Assembly: GCF_009834535.1 (NCBI RefSeq)
Contig: NC_045697.1
Coordinates: forward strand, 87,236,001 to 87,300,000
Source of the DNA: Camelus ferus
Taxonomy: Eukaryota
Direction of reading: 5' to 3'
DNA length: 64,000 bases
In this document: piece after piece, positions 55,025-64,000 of the stretch
How the letters are laid out: each line of letters opens with the position of its first letter
How positions within the stretch are numbered: position 1 is the first letter of the stretch
Position numbers and translations under genes: made by a program
The notes under the pieces: generated by a model
What the model was told of the DNA's origin: nothing
Database searches by the model: none
Seen by the model: the letters and a program-made list of their open reading frames with translations, nothing else

Positions 55025-55932
55025 TTTTTTTTAACATTTTTCACTGATTTATAATCATTTTACAATGTTGTGTCAAATTTCAGTGTAGAGCACAATTTTT
55101 CAGTTATACATGAACATATATATAATTCATTGTCACATTTTTTTCTCTGTGAGCTACCATAAGATCTTGTATATATTTCCCTGTGCTATACGGTATAATC
55201 TTGTTTATCTATTCTACATTTTGAAATCCCAGTCTATCCCTTCCCACCCCCCGCCCCTTGGCAACCACAAGTTTGTATTCTATGTCTGTTTTATATTTAT
55301 GTTTTGTGTTTTGTTTTATTTTTATTTATTTATTTATTTATTTTTAGATTCCACATATGAGCGATCTCATATAGTATTTTTCTTTCTCTTTCTGGCTTAC
55401 TTCACTTAGAATGACATTCTCCAGGAACATCCATGTTGCTGCAAATGGCATTATGTTGTCGGGTTTTATAGCTGAATACTATTCCATTGTATAAATATAC
55501 CACCACAACTTCTTTATCCAGTCATCTGTTGATGGACATTTAGGCTGTTTCTATGTCTTGGCTATTGTAAATAGTGCTGCTATGAACATTGGGGTGCAGG
55601 TATCATTTTGAAGTAGGGTTCCTTCTGGATATATGCCCAGGAGCGGGATTCCTGGGTCATATGGTAAGTCTGTTCCTATTCTTTTGAAGAATCTCCATAC
55701 TGTTTTCCACAGTGGCTGCACCAAACTGCATTCCCACCAGCAGTGTAGGAGGGTTCCCCTTTCTCCACAGCCTCTCCAGCATTTGTCATTTGTGGATTTT
55801 TGAATGACGGCCATTCTGACTGGTGTGAGGTGATACCTCATTGTAGTTTTGATTTGCATTTTTCTGATAATTAGTGATACTGAGCATTTTTTTCATGTGC
55901 CTATTGATCATTTGTATTTCTTCCTTGGAGAA
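55025..55932 (-). mobile_element. Young 5'-truncated LINE-1 (about 0.9 kb)
   Basis: 18-bp TSD TTATGCTGGTTACTTTTT (55007-55024 and 55933-55950), T tail, ORF2 C-terminus with CCHC. 3'UTR variants match the 27.8-kb copy. Confidence 0.97.
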
Positions 55933-56279
55933 TTATGCTGGTTACTTTTTAACAGTGTTATTCCCCCTCAGTTTCCAAGACAGCTGCTAAATGGCTATAA
56001 AAATTGGTTTGGGGTTGCTTTGCTTACAGTCATCTCACATCAGACCCCCACTTACCAGTTTCATTTGTTCTCTGGAATATGGCCCAGAAGAGCTGGAACA
56101 AATTACAACCAAAAGGGGAACATAGAACCTGTAGAAGCTTATAAGGACATGTGAGATAGAAGCCTCCTAGACCAGAGTGACTTCCACTTGAACAGGTTAT
56201 AAGTGATTTTTGTTGGAAAATAGCCACCAGATTCTCTATTGGCCGTCATTATACATTCAGTACTCAGTTCATATATTAA

Positions 56280-56525
56280 CAATATTGGTAATATCTGTGA
56301 CAGTTTTGTTGAGTACTTACTATGTGCTAGACAGAATAATAAGTACTTTATATGAGTTATCCAATTTAATACAATAACCTTATGAGGAACAAACTTAGTA
56401 CATTCATTTTCCATGGGAGGAAACTGTAGCTTAAAGTAACTTTTTCAAGGCTCAAAGATAACAGCTGGTGGATCCAAGATTTAAACCCAGGTATGTCCAT
56501 AAAGCCTATGTCTTTAAATCCTAAT
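56280..56525 (-). mobile_element. MIR SINE
   Basis: ttgagtacttactatgtgctagac...aaccttatgagg...gaggaaactg...gatttaaacccagg. Confidence 0.85.
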
Positions 56526-56619
56526 TTCCTTGGATATCCATTATTTGTTTAGAATGGCTTTGAATGTTTTCAGTATATGTTGGGTAGCAGAGAGGATGTT
56601 GGGAGAAGACAGAGGTACT

Positions 56620-56960
56620 GACACTGTAAGATGTCCTTCAAAACCTCAAGGAAAATATCTTTAACCTAGCATTATATGCCAAACCAGACTTTCAAAACAC
56701 GGTGATTGAATAAAGGCATTTTCTAATATCCTAGAAGGGATTCAATGTGTACTCTTTTTTGCAAAGTTACTTAAGGTTGTATACCAGCCGAACAAAGGAG
56801 TAATTCAAGAAATAGGAAGACATAGGAAGAGTGCTAATGGAAAGTCTTAGGATGAGAACTGTGCTGCAGGTCTAGAGAACAGTTAATCCACAAGGAACAG
56901 GAGAATGTAGGGTTCCAGGAAACAGGGGTCAGGATAAAGGGAGAGTGGGCTCCATAAACT
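56620..56960 (+). mobile_element. HAL1-like fragment
   Basis: Parallels the 51550-51850 segment (aacctagcattatatgcca; gaataaaggcattttc; aggaagacatagga). Confidence 0.5.
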
Positions 56961-57084
56961 AGGTATTATGATAGAGATGCCAGAAGAACCCAAATTTTGA
57001 GGAAGGAAAAAAATATTAAAGGTATGTGTTGAGTTAGGAAGAATCATTAGGTAATATACTTAAACATACTTTATTGATTTTCAA

Positions 57085-57502
57085 CTTTTTTTTAAAAAAA
57101 AATCAATTTTATTGATAATTCACATGCCATACAATTCACCTATGAAGTGTACAGTTCATTGGTTTTGAGTATATTCATAGAGTTGTGCAATCACCACCAC
57201 AGTAAATTTTATTGCCCTAAAAAGAACCCCTTCTTGAACCCCTTTCACCCCTTAGCTGGTACCTTCTCAGCCCCTACCTGCCCCACCCTAAGCAACCACT
57301 AATCTACTTTTTGTCTATAGATTTGCCTATTCTGCACATGGAATTATACAATACGTGGTCCTGGATTTCTGGCTTCTTTCATTTAGCATAATGTTTTCAA
57401 GGTTTTGCTACATTGTAAAATTATTGCCAAATAATTATCATTGTAAGTGTATACCACATTTTGTTTATCCACCCATCTGTTGATGGACACTTGGATTGTT
57501 TC
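57085..57502 (-). mobile_element. Old L1MB-type 3' end, interrupted by the young long L1
   Basis: ataattcacatgccatacaattcacc...gagttgtgcaatcaccacca...gcaaccactaatctacttt...gatggacacttggattgtttc, cut by the T tail at 57503. Confidence 0.85.
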
Positions 57503-57824
57503 TTTTTTTTTTTTAACATTTTTTATTGATTTATAATCATTTTACAATGTTGTGTCAAATTCCAGTGTTCAGCACAATTTTTCAGTTATTCATGGACATA
57601 TACACATTCATTGTCACATTTTTTTCTCTGTGAGTTATCATAACATTTTGTGTATATTTCCTTGTGCTATACAGTGTAGTCTATTCTACAATTTTGAAAT
57701 CCCAGTCTATCCCTTCCCACCCTCCACCCCCCTGGTAACCACAAGTCTGTATTCTCTGTCTGTGAGTCTATTTCTGTCCTTTATTTACGCTTTGTTTTTG
57801 TTTGTTTGTTTTTGTTTTTGTTTT

Positions 57825-60800
57825 TTAGATTCCACATATGAGCGATCTCATATGGTATTTTTCTTTCTCTTTCTGGCTTACTTCACTTAGAATGACATTC
57901 TCCAGGAGCATCCATGTTGCTGCAAATGGCATTATGTTGTCGGTTTTTATGGCTGAGTAGTATTTCATTGTATAAATATACCACATCTTCTTTATCCAGT
58001 CACCTGTTGATGGACATTTAGGCTGTTTCCATGTTTCGGCTATTGTAAATAGTGCTGCTATGAACATTGGGGTGCAGGTGTCATCCTGAAGTAGATTTCC
58101 TTCTGGATACAAGCCCAGGAGTGGGATTCCTGGGTCACATGGTAAGTCTATTCCTAGTCTTTTGAGGAATCTCCACACTGTTTTCCACAGTGGCTGCACC
58201 AAACTGCATTCCCACCAGCAGTGTAGGAGGGTTCCCCTTTCTCCACAGCCTCTCCAGCATTTGTCATTTGTGGATTTTTGAATGACGGCCATTCTGACTG
58301 GTGTGAGGTGATACCTCATTGTAGTTTTGATTTGCATTTCTCTGATAATTAGTGATATTGAGCATTTTTTCATGTGCTTTTTGATCATTTGTATGTCTTC
58401 CTTGGAGAATTGCTTGTCTAGGTCTTCTGCCCATTTTTGGATTGGGTTGTTTATTTTTTTCTTATTGAGTCGTATGAGCTGCTTATATATTCTGGAGATC
58501 AAGCCTTTGTCGGTTTCACTTGCAAAAATTTTCTCCCATTCCGTAGGTTTTCTTCTTGTTTTATTTCTGGTTTCCTTTGCTGTGCAGAAGCTTGTAAGTT
58601 TCATTAGGTCCCATTTGTTTATTCTTGCTTTTATTTCTTCTAGGAGAAAGTTTTTTAAATGTATGTCAGATAATGTTTTGCCTATGTTTTCCTCTAGGAG
58701 GTTTATTGTATCTTGTCTTATGTTTAAGTCTTTAATCCATTTTGAGTTGATTTTTGTATATGGTGTAAGGGAGTGTTCTAGCTTCATTGTTTTACATGCT
58801 GCTGTCCACTTTTCCCAACACCATTTGCTGAAGAGACTGTCCTTATTCCATTGTATATTCTTGCCTCCTTTGTCGAAGATCAGTTGACCAAAAGTTTATG
58901 GGTTCATTTCTGGGCTCTCTATTCTGTTCCATTGGTCTATATGTCTGTTTAGGTACCAATACCATGCTGTTTTGATGACTGTAGCTCTATAGTATTGTCT
59001 GAAGTCTGGGAGAGTTATTCCTCCAGCCTCTTTCTTTCTCTTCAGTAATGCTTTGGCAATTCTAGGTCTTTGATGGTTCCATATGAATTTTATTATGATC
59101 TTTTCTAGTTCTGTGAAATATGTCCTGGGTAATTTTATAGGGATTGCATTACATCTGTAGATTGCCTTGGGCAGTGCGACCATTTTAACAATATTGATTT
59201 TTCCAATCCAAGAGCATGGAATATCTTTCCATTTTTTAAAGTCTTCTTTAATTTCCTTCATCACTGGTTTATAGTTTTCTGTGTATAATTCTTTCACCTC
59301 CTTGGTTAGATTTATTCCCAGATATTTTATTACTTTGGGTGCTATTTTAAAGGGGATTGTTTCTTTACTTTCTTCTTCTGTTGATTTATCGTTAGTGTAA
59401 AGAAATGCAACTGATTTTTGAACGTTAATTTTGTAACCTGCTACCTTGCTGAATTCTTCAATCAGCTCTAGTAGCTTTTGTGTGGACCTTTTAGGGTTTT
59501 CTATATATAGTAACATGTCATCAGCATATAATGACACTTTTACCTCTTCTTTTCCAATTTGGATCCCTTTTATTTCTTTCTCTTGCCTGACTGCTGTGGC
59601 TAGGACTTCCAGGACTATGTTGAATAGGAGTGGTGATAGTGGACAGCCTTGTCTTGTCCCAGATTTTAGTGGGAAGCTTTTGAGTTTTTCGCCGTTGAGT
59701 ACTATGCTGGCTGTAGGTTTGTCATATATAGCTTTTATTATGTTGAGATATGTTCCCTCTATACCCACTTTGGCGAGAGTTTTTATCATAAATGGGTGTT
59801 GAATTTTATCAAATGCTTTTTCTGCATCGATTGAGATGATCATGTGGTTTTTGTCCTTTCTCTTGTTGATGTGATGTATTACATTGATTGATTTGCGTAT
59901 GTTGAACCATCCTTGTGTCCCTGGGATGAACCCCACTTGGTCATGATGTATAATCTTTTTTATGTGTTGTTGGATTCTATTTGCTAAAATTTTGGTGAGG
60001 ATTTTGGCGTCTATGTTCATCAGTGATATTGGCCTATAATTCTCTTTTTTTGTGGTGACTTTGCCTGGTTTTGGTATCAGGGTGATGGTGGCTTCATAGA
60101 ATGAGTTTGGGAGTATTCCCTCCTTTTCAATCGTCTGGAAGAGTTTGAGAAGGACTGGTATGAGTTCTTCTTTGTATGTTGGGTAGAATTCCCCGGTGAA
60201 GCCGTCCGGTCCTGGACTTTTATTTGTAGGGAGGTTTTTAATTGCTATTTCTATTTCCTTTCTAGTGATCGGATTGTTCAAGTGTTCACATTCTTCTTGA
60301 TTCAGTTTTGGTGGACAGTATGTTTTCAGAAACTTGTCCATCTCCTCTAGGTTATCCAGTTTGGTTCCATATAGTTTTTCATAATATTCTCGTATGATAT
60401 TCTGTATTTCTATTTTGTTTGTTGTAATTTCTCCATTTTCCTTTCTTATTTTGCTAATTTGTGCTCTCTCTTTTTTCTTCTTTGTGAGTTTGGCCAGAGG
60501 TTTGTCGATTTTATTTACTTTTTCAAAAAACCAGCTTTTGGTTTGGTTGATTTTTTTCTATGGTCTTGTTAATCTCTATTGTATTTAATTCCTCTCTGAT
60601 CTTTATTATTTCCTTCCTTCTGCTGCTTTTTGGGGCTTTTTGTTCTTCTTTTTCTAATTCATTCAGGTGGTGGGTTAAATTGTTTATTTGAGATTGTTCT
60701 TCTTTTTTGAGGAAGGCCTGTATCGCTATAAACTTCCCTCTTAGCACTGCCTTTGCTGTGTCCCATAGGTTTTGAGTGGTTGTGCTTTCATTATCATTTG

Positions 60801-61620
60801 TCTCAAGGTATTTTTTAATTTCAGCTTTGATTTCCTCATTGACCCATTGTTTTTTCAACAACATATTGTTTAATCTCCATGCTTTCCTTTTTTTCTCCTT
60901 TGTTTCTCTGTTGTTGATTTCCAGTTTCATGGCATAGTGGTCAGTAAAGATGCTTGAGATAATTTCTATCTTCTTAAAATTGTTGAGGTTTCTTTTGTGC
61001 CCAAGTACATGATCGATCCTGGAAAATGTTCCATGTGCACTTGAAAAGAATGTATATCCTATTTTTTGGGGGTGTAATGTTCTGAAAATATCCACCAAAT
61101 CTAGTTTTTCTATTGTAGTATTTAATTTCTCTGTTGCCTTGTTTATTTTCTGTCTGGAAGATCTGTCTAGTGATGTTAATGCAGTGTTAAAATCTCCAAC
61201 TATGATTGTATTCCCATCAATATCCCCCTTTATCTCTGTTAGTAATTCTTGTATGTACTTAGGTGCTCCTATATTGGGTGCATATATATTAACGAATGTA
61301 ATATCCTCATCTTGTATCACTCCTTTAATCATTATAAAATGTCCTTTATCTTTCTTTATGGCCTTTGTTTTAAAGTCTATTTTGTCTGAAATCAGTACTG
61401 CAACACCTGCTTTTTTGGCTTTTCCATTTGCATGGAATATCCTTTTCCATCCTTTCACTCTCAATCTATATGTGTCCTTCTCCCTAAAGTGGGTCTCTTG
61501 TATGCAGCATATTGAAGGTTCTTGCTTTATTATCCAGTCTGCCACTCTATGTCTTTTGACTGGAGCATTTAGTCCATTAACATTTACAGTAATTAATGAT
61601 AGATGTGTGTTTATTGCCAT
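57825..61620 (-). pseudogene. LINE-1 ORF2 (APE endonuclease, reverse transcriptase, CCHC knuckle), disrupted by one +1 frameshift and one TAA
   Basis: Motifs NVNGLN, QETH, GDFN, SRIDH, TDH (EN), QGCPLSP, YADD, KYLG (RT), CWRGC..HCWWEC. Extra A in the run at 60551-60557; removing it restores the frame into the 481-aa ORF. In-frame TAA at 58896-58898, after which the same frame continues into the 320-aa ORF. Confidence 0.97.
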
Positions 61621-62023
61621 TTTGAATTTATCTTTGCAGTTGAATTGGTATATCCTCTTTGTTCCTTTCTTCTTCCTTTTGTGGTTTTGTAATTTTCCTT
61701 TGTATTATCATGGATTTTATTTAATTTTTGTGACTCCTTTGTAAATTTTTGGCTTGTGGTTACCCTTTTTTGTAAATCTATCAACCCATTACTATAACTG
61801 TTTTATTAAACTGATAGTAACATGATCTCAAACCCATCCTACTGTTAAAAAAATTTAAAAAAGAAAGAAAAAAATATTCTATATTTCCCTGCCTCCCTCT
61901 CCAACTCTCAGTAATTTGTATGTCTTCTTTTATAATTTCATGTTTACTTTATTTGTAATTCATGAGTTATCACCTTTCCAGTTGTGAGTTTCTCATTTCT
62001 GTAGCATCCTGCTGCTTTTCTAT

Positions 62024-62924
62024 TTAGAATAGCCCTTTCAATATTTCTTTTAGCATGGGTTTAGTGTTGCTAAACTCCTGCAGCTTTTTTTTTGTCTGTG
62101 AAACTCTTTATTTCTCCTTCTATCCTCAAGGATAGCCTTGCTGGATAAAGGATCCTAGGCTGCATCTTTTTTTCATTCAGGGCTTTGAATATATCTTGCC
62201 ACTCCCTTCTGGCCTGTAGTGTTTGTGTAGAGAAATCAGCTGAGAGCCTGATGGAGGTTCCCTTGTAACTTACTCTTTGCTTTTCTCTTGCTGCCTTTAG
62301 AATAATTTCTTTATCCTTGACTCTGGCCATCTTGATTATGATACGTCTTGGTGTGGGTCTATTTGGGTTCTTCCTGTTTGGGACCCTCTGAGCTTCCTGT
62401 ACTTGGATATCTGATTCCTTCTTTAAGTTTGGGAAGTTTTCAGTCATGATTTCTTCAAAAACCTTTTCAATCCCCTTTGATCTTTCTTCTCCTTCTGGGA
62501 CCCCTATTATGCGAAGATTGGGATGCTTTATATTATCCCATAGGTCCCTTATGCTATTTTCATTATTTTTTATTTGCTTATCTTGTAGTTCTTCTGAATG
62601 GGTGCTTTCTATTGCCCTGTCTTCTAGATCACTAATTTGTCCCTCTGCATTATCTAGTCGGCTTTGCACAGCTATTAGATCATTCCTCATCTCTGTCAAT
62701 GAGTTTACCCATTCTACTTGGCTCTTTATAGCTTCAATTTCATTTTTGACATATTTTATATCTCTAAACACTATCTCTTTTAATTCCTTCAGCAATTCGA
62801 TCACTCCTTTTTCGAAATCTTGATCTAGTAGGCTATCGATGTCTATTTCGTTGATCTTTCTTTCAGGGGATTTCTCTTGTTCTTTTAATTGGGAAATGTT
62901 TTTCTGCTTCTTCATCTTGCTCAT
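62024..62924 (-). pseudogene. LINE-1 ORF1 (coiled coil/RRM/CTD) with a +1 homopolymer frameshift near the C-terminus
   Basis: LWDNIKHPNLRIIGVPE, ENFPNL, RLSADFS, ARREW and YPARLS motifs. Removing one A from the run at 62085-62093 gives KKLQEFSNTKPMLKEILKGLF* ending at 62024 (299 aa). Confidence 0.95.
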
Positions 62925-63419
62925 ACCTCTCTTGTACTGTGGTTTATGGAGTATCAGTTGTTTATTTTGGTCCTTAAGGATTTTATCTATCTAATGCCTA
63001 TTTAGGAATAGAACTTAGGAAAAAAAGAAAAAAAAATAAGAGAGAGAGAGAAAGAATTTTAAAAGAAGGGAGAAAGAGGGTTTGAAAACAGTGTATAATG
63101 AATAATAGAAGAGTGAGTTGAAGCAGAGTATTAATCGGGTTGAGACGTCCTTTTAAAACCTTTACAAAAAAAGGGGGGGGGGGGAGATGAATAGATGTAT
63201 TTGAAACCTGTGTCTAATCAATAGCAGGACATCAAAATCCAAGAGAAATAGAAATGAATTAAGGAGTAAAAATTAAGAGAGTAATAGAAAATAGAACAGG
63301 TAAAAACAGATTTAAAAAAAAAGGGGGGGGTTTTGTCGGTGTTCTCCTGGAGTCTGTGTGTTTTTAATGTGAAGTCTTTCTGTCTTCGTCCTGTTTTGGA
63401 AGCTCAGCTTGCTGTTTTC

Positions 63420-64000
63420 AGAGGCCCTCCGTTGGCGCCCTCTTCTGTGCTGCTCCCAGCACCTGTCGGCAAGCAGATCGCGCCTCCTCCTAACACTGGG
63501 TCAGGTGCAGCTCTCTGCTGTGGGCGGGCGGGTCGCTGCCCCTCCGGATGCCGCAGTCAGATGTTGCAGACTGGCCAGGTAGGAGGGCGGGTCGTGCCCC
63601 CTCCCAGCACCTCGGTCAGGGGCTGTGTTCCTGCCCCAAAGGCGGGGGGGGGGGGGGGGGGGAGCGCTCTCCCTCTACCTGCGCCGCCGGTAGCTCCGCT
63701 CTCTGTGCAGCTTCGCGCTCAGCCCTGGTCGGCGCTCCGCGGGTGGGCTCGGGGAAGACCGAGGGACAGCCCTGTCCCTGCTCCGAGACTAAACCCAGCT
63801 CCTTGCTTGTCTTTGTGGAGCAAGTTCTCTGAGGGACCAGGATGGAAGGATCCTATCTGCCCCAGGCTGCAGGCCAGTCTCAGTCTGGCCTTTGAGGCTG
63901 CTAAGCCCTTCCGTGGGGATGCAGGTTTCGCCCCCGCCCCCCCGCCTCCCCGCCTCCCCGCCTGGGTGCTCAGCGCGGAGGATATAGCGGCTGTTCCTGA
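63420..64000 (-). promoter_or_regulatory. CpG-rich L1 5'UTR, probable internal Pol II promoter
   Basis: Abrupt rise in GC and CpG upstream of ORF1, with repeated CCCCGCC(T/C) GC boxes at 63931-63963. Promoter function is inferred from L1 architecture. Confidence 0.8.

Larger units (their letters stand above)
57503..64000 (-). mobile_element. Young near-full-length LINE-1 (5' end beyond the window edge)
   Basis: T12 tail at 57503-57514, AATAAA on minus strand (57522-57527), 3'UTR, ORF2, about 400-nt inter-ORF spacer, ORF1, and a CpG-rich 5'UTR reaching the window end. Confidence 0.98.

Noticed and set aside
1179..56414. Remaining 60-125 aa ORFs in the track
   Set aside because: Their lengths are expected by chance, many have non-ATG starts or lie in repeats, and none resembles a host protein I recognise.
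58327..62823. Long + strand ORFs (186, 118, 201 and 125 aa; also 28648-29181 and 29747-30019)
   Set aside because: They are antisense shadows of L1 ORF1/ORF2, a known by-product of L1 codon composition.
1..64000. A novel multi-gene, defence, retron or CRISPR-like system
   Set aside because: The sequence is mammalian intron. I found no repeat-spacer array or operon, and the RT and endonuclease ORFs are standard LINE-1.

Overview
AT-rich mammalian intronic DNA, most likely from a camelid: it has three Vic-1-like tRNA-derived SINEs and I saw no Alu, Bov-tA or PRE-1 elements. The only host coding sequence I can support is one 165-nt phase 0-0 exon on + (36459-36623) of the AAA+ ATPase AFG2A/SPATA5, covering the D2 second region of homology. 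The ORF track misses this exon. The rest is intron filled with transposon relics: MIR, L2, old L1M and HAL1, Tigger1, hAT-Charlie MITEs and LTR fragments. There are also three young LINE-1 copies, all antisense to the gene: two 5'-truncated with perfect TSDs, and one near full-length copy running off the right edge. I see no prokaryote-type or clearly new multi-gene system. The best lead is that separately inserted young L1 copies share ORF2-disabling lesions (an identical in-frame TAA and an identical +1 frameshift), and both RT copies read YADD rather than FADD. Repeat subfamily names come from recalled consensus sequences and boundaries of old repeats are approximate.
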